DNA of 64,000 nucleotides, taken from an uncultured Acidobacteriota bacterium (GTDB lineage Bacteria; Acidobacteriota; Terriglobia; Acidiferrales; UBA7541). Shown here one piece after another: positions 38,138-46,969 of this stretch. The notes below the pieces were generated by a model. That model made no database searches and was not told the origin of the DNA. It saw only the letters and a list, made by a program, of their open reading frames with translations. Each line of letters starts with the position of its first letter. The stretch's first letter is position 1. The DNA is taken from NCBI GenBank assembly GCA_963814735.1, contig CAWFEC010000002.1:132048-196047 (forward strand), in the 5' to 3' direction. Made by a program: the position numbers and the translations under genes.

Positions 38138-38420
38138 TCTGGAGGATGGGTCATTTTAGCGCGAGACACAGAGACATTCAGTAACAGATTCCGGGCGCGC
38201 CATTTCTTTTTCGGCGTCATTTTGGCCTTCGAAGAGCTGCCGCAGCCGTGTCGATTAGACATGGTGCCCGTTGTTTGTTTGCAGCGAGTTACGGACGTTT
38301 CTAATCGCCAAATGTCGATTAGAAAACCGTGAGTAGTGAGTGGTGATTGGTGAGTAGTGGCGCTGCGCGACAAGCGGCTTCGAGGGTAAGGCCACAGCAA
38401 TTCACCGCTCCCTTCGCTAT

Positions 38421-38460
38421 GGACTCAGGGCAGAGAGACGCAGAGTGCGCAGAGAAGCCG
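38421..38460 (-). repeat. copy of the dispersed TTCTCTG-YG-N-R-CTC-YG intergenic repeat (inverted orientation)
   Basis: The reverse complement CGGCTTCTCTGCGCACTCTGCGTCTCTCTG matches the cores at 41651-41700, 47884-47928 and 51948-51993. Confidence 0.4.
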
Positions 38461-38853
38461 ACGACGGCAGTATTGTGCGACCCGTGTTTTGCAATGGCCG
38501 AGAAAGCCTCACCCAGAGACAGTGGGGTGAGCCACATAGTCAAGAGTTTCCCGAGTGGCGGGCCCTTTTATCCATCCTAATTTTCAAAGAGCATTCGACC
38601 CTCGTCCAGAGGGCGGGCGACTTTCGTCGTCTCAGTCATGATGGCAGATCGGGGCGTGCGCGTCACTTGTCCGCGAGTACAGGGTTGGTCCAGCGTCCGC
38701 GGCCGGTGCATTCGGATCGAAACAGGTCATTACTGCGCGACGGGAGCTGCGACCGCCGCTGCGACGCTCGCTGCGTTAAGCGAGACCTGCTATCGGGCTA
38801 CAGAGTGATGGTTTTTCAGTGCTTACAATCCTAAGCATTTTTAATTTCCTTCC

Positions 38854-39144
38854 ATGCTAGCTACAGAATCGAGCAACATACGCGGTGCCCTAGCGGAAGA
38901 CAGGGAGTTCATCCAAGCCGGGATCATGGGAACGCTGGAGCCTATGAACGAACCACATAACGAAGCGCTTCCATACGACGAGTTGACGCAGCCCCCCACG
39001 CACCCGGGCACCCCGGATTCCTTTCCGGCTGTGCGCGAGCCTATCCCATCAGCCCGGCTCGCAACGATCGCGATCGCTCTAATTCTTTGGGGCGTCTCGA
39101 TGGCTTGCATTTTCGCGATCGCACGAGCGAACGGCTGGTGGTAG
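38854..39144 (+). CDS. hypothetical protein with C-terminal TM helix
   Basis: ORF only. It lies in an AT-richer region, carries the C-terminal hydrophobic segment LATIAIALILWGVSMACIFAIA, and resembles nothing I recognise. Confidence 0.3.
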   Translation: MLATESSNIRGALAEDREFIQAGIMGTLEPMNEPHNEALPYDELTQPPTHPGTPDSFPAVREPIPSARLATIAIALILWGVSMACIFAIARANGWW

Positions 39145-39182
39145 CGGTTGGGGTCAATCCACACGACTCAGGGAGTGTTTCC

Positions 39183-39404
39183 ATGATGATGCTGAAAGAG
39201 CAAGTCTATCGTTGTCAAAATAAGCAGTGCGGCGCCGAAATCGTGATTGCGAAAGACTCCATCGAAGGCGGCTCGACTCCAAGGTGCTGCTGTGGGGCAC
39301 AGATGAAGAGGCCCTATACCAAGCCGACCCTTACGCGAATGGAACCCGCAGCAGAGCGAATCGAGCCTTTCAAGCCGGAGCTCGGAAAAGCGGCGAGCGG
39401 ATGA
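39183..39404 (+). CDS. small Cys-rich metal-ribbon protein (desulforedoxin-like C-x4-C ... C-C-C pattern)
   Basis: 73 aa from ATG 39183. VYRCQNKQCGAEIVIAKDS...PRCCCGAQMKRPY resembles the Dx-type YKC..CG..V.V.....LVCCG..M layout. GGGAG upstream. Confidence 0.45.
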   Translation: MMMLKEQVYRCQNKQCGAEIVIAKDSIEGGSTPRCCCGAQMKRPYTKPTLTRMEPAAERIEPFKPELGKAASG

Positions 39405-39667
39405 CGGCCATCGGCCAATAGCCGCCTGCAAATGCGGCGGGCTCCAGCGGATTCGATCCGCGATCGAATCCGGGGCTGATCGCTTTAACATCTGTATTGA
39501 TGCCGTCGATATCCACCGTGTAATCATTGGCATAGACCATGCGCGTAAAGTGAATGTGCAAGCTGCTGATGTCCGAGCTATCCGGCACTTACACGGCGAA
39601 AGTCTCCGCGCGTTCTCATACGTATGGAACTCCGATTTGAGCCGGTGATTGGCCTGGAGCGGCGCTT

Positions 39668-41629
39668 CTACGAAATTCGCCTGCGGAGGTGGAGGACGCG
39701 CGACGGTGGATTCCCGGCGTAGAGTTCGTCGACGAGCCCGCTACGATGGTCGAGGATGGCGCGCTGGTTGAGCGAGCCTTTGTCGGTGATTTCGCCGTGA
39801 TCGAGCGCGGGCGGCTCGTCGAGAAGGATGGCGCGCTCGATGCGATTCGATGCGCCGGTTGATTGCGCGGCGAAAGATTCGAGTAGCTCGGTGAAAACGC
39901 GCGCGACGTTTTCGTGCTGCAAGATTTCAGCGGCTTCCGGGGTTGAAACCCCGGAAGAAACAGAGCCGCTGACGGCGGGGCTGAAGCCCCGCCCTTCCAT
40001 TTTTTGCGCTAGGGCGCGGCATGCATCGAGATCGGGGACGACGAGCATGGAGAGGAAATCGCGGTCGTGCCCGGCGATCACCACGTCGCGGACGTACGGC
40101 GCGAAATGGTGGATGACGCGCGTGCGCAGCGGGCCGACGTTGACCCATGTGCCCGACGCCATCTTAAAATCTTCGGCGAAGCGCCCGTCGAAGATGAGTC
40201 CCTTGTTGATGTCGTTCGGATCGACGAAGCGCACTGCGTCGCCGAAGCGGTAGTAACCCTCCTCGTCAAACGCGGCGCGCGTGAGCTTCGGATTGCGCCA
40301 GTAGCCGGGAGTGACGCTCGGCCCTTTGACGCGCGCCTCGATTTTCGCGCCGATCGGCACCAATTTCAGCTCGACGCCCGGTACTGGAATGCCGATCACG
40401 CCGGTAAGCTCGGAGTCGCGTGTCCACTGGATCGCCATCGGGGAGGTTTCGGTGGCGCCGAGGCCGGTGCACATCAGGATGCGCTCGCCGATCGTCTCGC
40501 GCGCGAGGTCGCGGTAGGCCTGCCAGAGCGGCTGCGCCATTCCCGCGGCCGCGTAGAACATGAATTGCAGCCGGCTGAAGAATTTTTCGCGCAGCGCTCG
40601 ATCGGCGCGCAGATGGACCAGAAGCTCTTCGTAGCCCTTGGGCACGTTGAAATAGATTGTGGGCGCGATTTCGCGCAGATTCGCGATGGTGGCGGCGACT
40701 CCCGCAGCCGTGGCCTTGCCTTCGTCGATATGGAATGTGCCGCCATTGTAGAGCGCCATGCCGATGTTGTGGTTGCCGCCCGCCGTGTGATTCCACGGCA
40801 GCCAATCGAGGATCACCGGCGGCTCGTCCGCGAGAAAGCGAAACTCCTGCAAAATCATCTGCTGGTTGCTGCAGATCATACGGTGTGTGTTGATCACGGC
40901 CTTCGGGATGTCGGTCGAACCGGAGGAAAAAAGAAATTTCGCGATGTCGTCGGGCTGGACCGCGGCGTGCGCCGCATCCACGGCGGCGGTAGGCGCAGTC
41001 GCCGCGAGCGTTTCGAATAAGGTCGCCCGTCGCCAGTCGATGGGCTCGGCGCCGAAAATGACTTCGGTGTCGCGATCGACCACCGCTTCAAGCGCGCGCC
41101 GGTAGCGCGTCCCGCTCGCCACAAAAACCGCGCCCGGCGTGAGCACGCTCATCACGTGCCGCAGCTTGCCGAAATCGGTGGAGACGAGCGCGTAGGCAGG
41201 CGCAATCGACGCCGTCGGCACGCCGACGTGCTGCCCCGCAAGCATCAGCAGCAAATGCTCGAAATTGTTTTCGGAGAGTATGGCGAGCGGATGCTCGGTG
41301 GTGAGGTTGCGCTCGAGTAGCGCTTGCCCGATTCGGCGCACGCGTTCGAGCGTCTCGGCATAGGTCATCGAGCGCCACGCGCCATCCGCCCCGCGCTTCG
41401 CAACGAACACGCGATCCGGCGCGCGCCGCGCCCATTCGACCAATCGCTCGGTGATGACGCGCGGGTACGCCTCCAGCGGCTCGTCGCCGCGAATGATGTA
41501 AGTGCCGTCCGCCCGCCGCTCCATCGTCGCGCCCGAAGTGCGCACGTGCACCGCGCGAATGCGGTCGTCGGTGTTCGAATGCGCGGATGCCTGTATCGGT
41601 GTCGTCATCGCTGGCGTCGATGTTTCCAC
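39668..41629 (-). CDS. feruloyl-CoA synthase-like AMP-dependent acyl-CoA synthetase
   Basis: 653 aa. The N-terminal pattern ...RRADGTYIIRGDEPLEAYPRVITERLVEWARRAPDRVFVAKR...WRSMTYAE is typical of the long feruloyl-CoA synthase family. AMP-binding motifs FSSGSTDIPKAV and TGDAVRF-like are present. Confidence 0.8.
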   Translation of the reverse strand: METSTPAMTTPIQASAHSNTDDRIRAVHVRTSGATMERRADGTYIIRGDEPLEAYPRVITERLVEWARRAPDRVFVAKRGADGAWRSMTYAETLERVRRIGQALLERNLTTEHPLAILSENNFEHLLLMLAGQHVGVPTASIAPAYALVSTDFGKLRHVMSVLTPGAVFVASGTRYRRALEAVVDRDTEVIFGAEPIDWRRATLFETLAATAPTAAVDAAHAAVQPDDIAKFLFSSGSTDIPKAVINTHRMICSNQQMILQEFRFLADEPPVILDWLPWNHTAGGNHNIGMALYNGGTFHIDEGKATAAGVAATIANLREIAPTIYFNVPKGYEELLVHLRADRALREKFFSRLQFMFYAAAGMAQPLWQAYRDLARETIGERILMCTGLGATETSPMAIQWTRDSELTGVIGIPVPGVELKLVPIGAKIEARVKGPSVTPGYWRNPKLTRAAFDEEGYYRFGDAVRFVDPNDINKGLIFDGRFAEDFKMASGTWVNVGPLRTRVIHHFAPYVRDVVIAGHDRDFLSMLVVPDLDACRALAQKMEGRGFSPAVSGSVSSGVSTPEAAEILQHENVARVFTELLESFAAQSTGASNRIERAILLDEPPALDHGEITDKGSLNQRAILDHRSGLVDELYAGNPPSRVLHLRRRIS

Positions 41630-41650
41630 ATTATACGTTGTGCGCCGACG

Positions 41651-41700
41651 TTTCTCTGTGCACTCCGTGCCTTCTCTGTGAGCTCTGTGTTTCGTTGGGC
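41651..41700 (+). repeat. dispersed TTCTCTGTG-type intergenic repeat (two tandem cores)
   Basis: TTTCTCTGTGCACTCCGTGCCTTCTCTGTGAGCTCTGTGTTTCGTTGGGC lies in the divergent intergenic region between the fcs-like and dioxygenase genes. Confidence 0.45.
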
Positions 41701-41873
41701 GATCAAAGCTGCCCTGCGGTCAAACGACACCACTATCCTCACTCTTACGCCGAGTTGACATCGCCGCTCGCACATCCTAACTTAATTAATTCGAGTTTAC
41801 GCATGGGGCTTGCTGGTAGGCGATCGCCCGCGCTCGGGCGATCGTCGGTAGCTATTCGACCCCGGAGGAATGT

Positions 41874-42839
41874 ATGCAAAGCGAACCGATCATGGATTTG
41901 GCGCATTTAGCGCATCTGGAGTTGCTCACTCCGAAGCCCGAGGAAAGCCTGCGATTTTTCGTCGATGTGATGGGCATGACGGAATCGGGCCGCGAAGGCG
42001 ATTCGGTCTACCTGCGCGCCTATGACGACTACGAGCGCCACACGCTGAAGCTGACCGCTTCGAAATTGCCGGGTATGGGACACGTCGCGTACCGCGCGCG
42101 CAGCCCGCAGGCGCTCGAGCGGCGCGTCGCGGCGCTGAAAGGCTCGGGCTTCGATATTGGCTGGACCAAGGGCGACCTCGCGCATGGCCCCGCGTTCCTG
42201 TGCCAGGATCCGGACGGCCACAAGATCGAGCTGTACTACGAGACGCAATGGTATGAGGCGCCGCCCGAGCTGAAGCCGGCGCTGAAGAATCAGGCGCAGC
42301 GCTTTCCCGCGCGCGGCATGAATGTCCGCCGGCTCGATCATTGGAACGGCCTCGCGGTCGACATCAAAGCGAACCGCGAATTTTTCGAGAATTACCTCGG
42401 CTTCCGGCTGACGGAGCAGATTGTCCTCAGCAGCGGCAAGGAAGCGGCGATGTGGATGACTGTCACGAACAAGAGCTACGATTTTGCATACACGGCCGAC
42501 CACACCGGCACGAAAGGCCGCTTTCACCACGTCACTTATGCGGTGAACAGCCGCGAAGAGGTGCTGATCGCGGCGGATATCGCGTTGGAGAATGGAGTTC
42601 CCATCGAAACGGGGCCGCACAAACACGCGATTCAGCAGACATTTTTCCTGTACCTGTACGAGCCGGGCGGCAACCGCGTGGAAGTCGCCAATGCCGGCGC
42701 GCGCCTGATTCTCGCGCCGGACTGGAAACCGATTCGCTGGAGCGAGGCCGAACGCAAGAAGGGCCAGGCCTGGGGACTCAAGACCATCGAATCGTTTCAC
42801 ACCTACGGCACGCCTCCCGTGGAGACGGTCACCAAGTGA
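41874..42839 (+). CDS. type I extradiol ring-cleavage dioxygenase (catechol 2,3-dioxygenase-like, VOC superfamily)
   Basis: 321 aa, two VOC modules. HLELLTPKPEESLRFFVDVMGM, HVAYRA, HHVTYAV and PGGNRVE (metal-ligand His/His/Glu context) are typical of XylE-like enzymes. Confidence 0.85.
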   Translation: MQSEPIMDLAHLAHLELLTPKPEESLRFFVDVMGMTESGREGDSVYLRAYDDYERHTLKLTASKLPGMGHVAYRARSPQALERRVAALKGSGFDIGWTKGDLAHGPAFLCQDPDGHKIELYYETQWYEAPPELKPALKNQAQRFPARGMNVRRLDHWNGLAVDIKANREFFENYLGFRLTEQIVLSSGKEAAMWMTVTNKSYDFAYTADHTGTKGRFHHVTYAVNSREEVLIAADIALENGVPIETGPHKHAIQQTFFLYLYEPGGNRVEVANAGARLILAPDWKPIRWSEAERKKGQAWGLKTIESFHTYGTPPVETVTK

Positions 42840-42849
42840 TGACGCGCGA

Positions 42850-43578
42850 GTGAAAATGGCTCTTCCGCATCTGCTATTGCTTCCCGGCTTGGCGTGCGAT
42901 GCAGAGGTGTGGAAGCACCAGGCGCGCGCGCTGCGCGAAATCACCGGCGTGCAGGTGGCGGACTACGGCGCGAGTGATTCGATTCAGGAAATGGCGCGCG
43001 TGGCGATCGAGCGCGCCCCGGAACGCTTTGCGCTGGCGGGCCATTCGATGGGCGGCCGCGTCGCGATGGAAGTTTTTCGCAGCGCGCCGGATCGCATTCA
43101 GGGTCTCGCACTCCTCGATACGGCCTACAAGCCGTTGCAGCCCGGCGAAGCGGGCGAGCGCGAAAAGGCCGAGCGCGCCGGATATGTGCAGATCGCGCGC
43201 ACGCAAGGGATGCGGGCCATGGCGCGTACGTGGCTGCAAAAGATGGTTCACCCATCGCGCCTCGCGGATGCGCCGCTGATCGAATCGATCGTCGAGATGT
43301 TGGCGCGGAAGTCTCCCGAGATATTTGCCGGCCAGATCAAAGCGCTGCTGGGCCGGCCGGACGCGACTCCGTCGCTGGCGGCCGCGCATTGTCCCACGCT
43401 CGTGCTCTGCGGCCGCGAAGACGCATGGAGCGTGCTCGACGTGCATCGCGATATGGCCGCGCGCATGCCCAATGCGCGCCTCGCCATCATCGAAAATTGC
43501 GGCCACATGGCGACGATGGAGCGCCCCGAAGCCGTCACCGCCGCGCTCGTTGAGTGGTTCTCGGGCTTGTCCGATTGA
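42850..43578 (+). CDS. alpha/beta-fold hydrolase
   Basis: GHSMGG nucleophile elbow and a C-terminal ENCGHMATMERPE (catalytic His). Its size and position fit a meta-cleavage-product or lactone hydrolase. The start may be GTG 42850 or ATG 42856. Confidence 0.8.
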   Translation: MKMALPHLLLLPGLACDAEVWKHQARALREITGVQVADYGASDSIQEMARVAIERAPERFALAGHSMGGRVAMEVFRSAPDRIQGLALLDTAYKPLQPGEAGEREKAERAGYVQIARTQGMRAMARTWLQKMVHPSRLADAPLIESIVEMLARKSPEIFAGQIKALLGRPDATPSLAAAHCPTLVLCGREDAWSVLDVHRDMAARMPNARLAIIENCGHMATMERPEAVTAALVEWFSGLSD

Positions 43579-43642
43579 CGTCACCCGGCAGCTTTTCTAG
43601 AATCGCCAGCCGGGAATAGAAAGGATTTAAACTAGCCGCGAC

Positions 43643-44647
43643 ATGATCATCGACTCTCACCAACACTTCGTTCGTCTCGCCAAACATCCGGAAGTCGAAG
43701 GCTTTCGCACGGCGCAGCTTGCCGGGAAAAATCTCGATATTCCTAAGATTTCCGATGCGGATGTCACAAAGAGCCTCGAGCAGGTCGTCAGCTTGATGGA
43801 CTCGCGCAAAATCGACGTCGCGTTCGCCTCTCCCCGCGCGAAAGCCATGGCCACTCACGAAGGCACTCCGGAACAGAACGCCATCTGGGCCGATCTCAAC
43901 AACGGCCTTATCATTCGCGCCTGCCAGTTGACGCCCGGCCGCTTTGCGCCGGTCGGCATGCTCGGCCAACATCCCTCGTGTCCGTCCGAGCAGGTTGCGA
44001 AACAGATCGAGCGCTGGACCAAGGAAGGTTTTATCGCATTCAATTTTGATCCCGACGGCACCGGCGGCCGCTGGCAGAACCAGCCCTTCACCGGAAAGCA
44101 CAATTATCCGGTCTTCGAAGCGGCCCAGGCGCTCGATGTGCCGCTCGTGCTGCACGGCAGCGAATCCATCAATAAGAATTTCCCGCACACGGCCGTCCAA
44201 TATCTGGTCGCCGATATTACGGGCTTCGTCCAACTTATGATGGCCAAGGATCTGTTCCGGGATTTTCCGCGTCTGCGATTTCTGATCCCGCATGGCGGCG
44301 GCGCATTGCCGTGCCAGATCGGGCGCTGGAGGGCGATCGCGAAGTACAACAGCTGGGCCAGCCCGGACGAGATTCTCGGCAACGGCAATGTTTTCGTCGA
44401 TACCTGCGTGTACAACGATCTCAACATGCGGATGCTATTCGACGCTGTCCCGCTCGAGAGCATCCTGTTCGGCTCGGAGTGCGACGGTGCGTTCCCTGGC
44501 GTGGTGAACGACGAGACGCACGATCATTACGACAATACGCGGCGCTATGTGGACGATTCGAAGCTCAACGCCGCCGACAAGGCCCGGATTTATGCCGCCA
44601 ACGCGCGGCGCGTGTATCCCCGTGCGAGCCGCTGGATTCAAGCGTAG
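43643..44647 (+). CDS. ligJ: amidohydrolase-2 family hydratase, 4-oxalomesaconate hydratase (LigJ)-like
   Basis: MIIDSHQHF, FPRLRFLIPHGGGALPCQIGRWR, NVFVDTCVY, ILFGSE and DNTRRYVD match my recollection of LigJ. Confidence 0.7.
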   Translation: MIIDSHQHFVRLAKHPEVEGFRTAQLAGKNLDIPKISDADVTKSLEQVVSLMDSRKIDVAFASPRAKAMATHEGTPEQNAIWADLNNGLIIRACQLTPGRFAPVGMLGQHPSCPSEQVAKQIERWTKEGFIAFNFDPDGTGGRWQNQPFTGKHNYPVFEAAQALDVPLVLHGSESINKNFPHTAVQYLVADITGFVQLMMAKDLFRDFPRLRFLIPHGGGALPCQIGRWRAIAKYNSWASPDEILGNGNVFVDTCVYNDLNMRMLFDAVPLESILFGSECDGAFPGVVNDETHDHYDNTRRYVDDSKLNAADKARIYAANARRVYPRASRWIQA

Positions 44648-44666
44648 CGGAGTCTAGGAGAACTTC

Positions 44667-45344
44667 ATGAGCAAACCGGTCGTAGTGCGAAATATCGAGC
44701 AACCCGCGGAAGACGCCGTTGCCGCGCTCGAAAAATACGGTGTCTCGACGGTGCACGAAGCGCAAGGGCGCATCGGCCTGCTGGCAAGTTACATGCGGCC
44801 GATTTATCCCGGCGCGGCAATAGCAGGCGCGGCGGTCACCGTCTCGCTGCCGCCGGGCGACAACCTGATGATCCACGTGGCGGTCGAAGTCTGCCGCAAG
44901 GGCAATATCCTGGTGGTGGCGCCGACCTCGTATTGCACCGACGGCTATTTCGGCGAGCTGCTGGCCACGTCACTGCGCGCGCACGGCGTGAAAGGTTTGA
45001 TCATCGAGGCAGGCGTCCGCGATGTGGCTCCGCTCACGGCGATGAAGTTCCCGGTCTGGAGCCGCGCGATCCACTCGCAGGGCACGGTGAAGGCGACGCT
45101 TGGCTCGGTGAACGTCCCAATCGTATGCGCGGGCGCGGCGATCGATCCCGGCGACGTGATCGTTGCCGACGACGACGGCGTCGTAGTGGTGAAGCGCGCG
45201 GACGCCGCGAAAGTGGCGGCAGCCTCCGAGCAGCGCGTAAAAAAGGAAGACGTCACGCGCGAAAAGCTGGCGCGCGGCGAACTCGGCCTCGATATGTATG
45301 GCTTGCGCGCGAAGCTCGCCGAGCTGGGCCTAGAATATCGATAG
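44667..45344 (+). CDS. ligK: 4-carboxy-4-hydroxy-2-oxoadipate aldolase / oxaloacetate decarboxylase (RraA-fold, LigK/GalC-like)
   Basis: 225 aa. [11 protein letters not shown]...GDNLMIHVA...[11 protein letters not shown]...[10 protein letters not shown]...FPVWSR are class II HMG/CHA aldolase signatures. Confidence 0.85.
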   Translation: MSKPVVVRNIEQPAEDAVAALEKYGVSTVHEAQGRIGLLASYMRPIYPGAAIAGAAVTVSLPPGDNLMIHVAVEVCRKGNILVVAPTSYCTDGYFGELLATSLRAHGVKGLIIEAGVRDVAPLTAMKFPVWSRAIHSQGTVKATLGSVNVPIVCAGAAIDPGDVIVADDDGVVVVKRADAAKVAAASEQRVKKEDVTREKLARGELGLDMYGLRAKLAELGLEYR

Positions 45345-45428
45345 GAACGCCCGTAGCGCCGGTTTACCCTGAGAGATATGGAAGGGCGTCCCGCCGGCTC
45401 CGCGCCTTTGCTTTTGAAGTTCCGGGTG

Positions 45429-45455
45429 CCCTATCCTCGGTTTGTGAGGGTGGGG
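45429..45455 (+). terminator. repeat-borne hairpin (10-bp stem, loop GGTTTGT) followed by TTTTA, downstream of the ligK-like gene
   Basis: CCCTATCCTC-GGTTTGT-GAGGGTGGGG then TTTTA. It is part of a roughly 50-nt repeat that is also present at 55454-55500. Confidence 0.5.
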
Positions 45456-45471
45456 TTTTAGAGATAGCCTC

Positions 45472-46422
45472 ATGGCTCACGAACCCTTTCGACGGATCGC
45501 ACTCGTCGGCTTCGGCGAAGCCGGCGGAATCCTCGGCCACGACCTCGCGCAGCAGGGAATCGAAGTCTCGTTTTTCGACATTCTGCTCCGATCGACGAAA
45601 GCGCGCCCGGCGATGCTCGCGAAGGCGCAGGCCTTCGGCGTTCACGCCGCAGAAACGCTGCGCGAATGCCTGCGCGATGCCGAACTCGTGATCTCCGCAG
45701 TCACGGCCTCCTCAGCAGCGAGCGTCGCGAAGGAAGCCGCGTCGCTCCTCAAACCGGGGCAGATTTTCCTCGACATCAATTCCGTCTCGCCCGAAACGAA
45801 ACGCCAAGAAGCGCGCCACTTCGAGAAGAGCAAGGGGCACTTCGTCGAAGCAGCAGTGATGGCGCCCGTTCCGCCGCAGCGGATCAAGGTCCCCATGCTG
45901 CTCGGAGGAAAGTGCGCAGCCGAACTCGCGCCGCGCTTGCAGGCGACGGGGATGAATGCCACCGCGGTGAGCGATCGAATCGGAGTCGCATCCGCGATCA
46001 AAATGTGCCGCAGCGTGATGATCAAAGGGCTCGAAGCGCTCGCGATCGAAAGCCTGTTCGCGGCGCGCCGCTACGGCGCCGAAGACGCCGTCCTCGCCTC
46101 GCTCGACGCGACCTATCCCTCGATGGGGTGGAAGGCGAAGCTGCCCGACTACCTCATCAGCCGCGTCGCCGAACACGGCCGCCGCCGCGCCGCCGAGATG
46201 CGCGAAGCCGCGCTCGCTGTCGCGGATGTGGGAATGGATCCGCTCTTAGCGGAGAGAACCGCCAAGCGCCACGATTGGCTGGTCGATGAGATTGCCGCGC
46301 GAGGACTGAGCCTCGAGGCGGCAGGATTCGGCGAGGCGTTTTCCTGGCGTGCACTCGCCGACGCGCTCGCAGCTCGCACGAAGTCTCATGCTGCCCAACG
46401 AAGAAGGCGGAAGAAGTCATAG
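45472..46422 (+). CDS. NAD(P)-binding oxidoreductase (6-PGDH-type N-domain, DUF1932-like C-domain)
   Basis: IALVGFGEAGGILGHDL dinucleotide-binding motif. 316 aa; its length and C-terminus are consistent with beta-hydroxyacid-dehydrogenase-like proteins. Confidence 0.65.
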   Translation: MAHEPFRRIALVGFGEAGGILGHDLAQQGIEVSFFDILLRSTKARPAMLAKAQAFGVHAAETLRECLRDAELVISAVTASSAASVAKEAASLLKPGQIFLDINSVSPETKRQEARHFEKSKGHFVEAAVMAPVPPQRIKVPMLLGGKCAAELAPRLQATGMNATAVSDRIGVASAIKMCRSVMIKGLEALAIESLFAARRYGAEDAVLASLDATYPSMGWKAKLPDYLISRVAEHGRRRAAEMREAALAVADVGMDPLLAERTAKRHDWLVDEIAARGLSLEAAGFGEAFSWRALADALAARTKSHAAQRRRRKKS

Positions 46423-46443
46423 CGTCAGCAACCGACGCTTGGA

Positions 46444-46902
46444 ATGATCATGACAAAAAATGAAATACTGATCGACCTATCTGAATCGGACATGACGAAG
46501 TTTGGAAAAGAGGATTTTGAGCGGCAATCTCCGCCTCAGAAGGTTTTCTCCGCTATCTGGCAGGTCGAATCGGAAGTCAATAACGGAGGCTTTTTGCAGT
46601 ACTTCTCGAACGGCGCCGAATCTGCGCCGTTCGTCGTCAAGGCACTTGAAACAATCGAGGCTCCCAAGACTGCGAATATCTGCAGCCGTGCGATCGTTGA
46701 GGCTTTTCCTCATGGATTGCCGCAAACCGCGCAGGCTATTGGTTCTGAAGCAGCCGAGCTTTCCCATGGAACTGTTGAGAAGCTGGAATCCTTAGATACA
46801 GAGTTCCTCTCATATCCGCACAATCTGACGGACCTTCTTTTTGCCTATGTGGAGGCACATCCAGAGGAGTTCGGCGCGGTCCCCAAACCAGAAGACGATT
46901 AG
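46444..46902 (+). CDS. DMP19/DUF4375-family protein (immunity-protein-like)
   Basis: The VESEVNNGGFLQYFSNG motif is typical of DUF4375. The gene is visibly AT-richer than its neighbours. Confidence 0.6.
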   Translation: MIMTKNEILIDLSESDMTKFGKEDFERQSPPQKVFSAIWQVESEVNNGGFLQYFSNGAESAPFVVKALETIEAPKTANICSRAIVEAFPHGLPQTAQAIGSEAAELSHGTVEKLESLDTEFLSYPHNLTDLLFAYVEAHPEEFGAVPKPEDD

Positions 46903-46969
46903 CGCCGACGCAAAATGTCTCGGCCCCCGGGAACTGGGTGCATATCATGTTTGTTGCCAGCACCTCTGG

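Noticed and set aside
38445-38834. 129-aa ORF, and the other short ORFs (38018-38332, 38128-38400, 38319-38543, 38347-38580), in the tRNA-adjacent region.
   Set aside because: None has an RBS, protein-like composition or motifs, and one overlaps the tRNA. The region is treated as noncoding.
39370-39588. 72-aa minus-strand ORF (…SSLHIHFTRMVYANDYTVDIDGINTDVKA…).
   Set aside because: A short stretch looks protein-like, but there is no RBS, no recognisable family and it overlaps the 11-bp inverted repeat. It may be a gene fragment, but the support is too weak to call.
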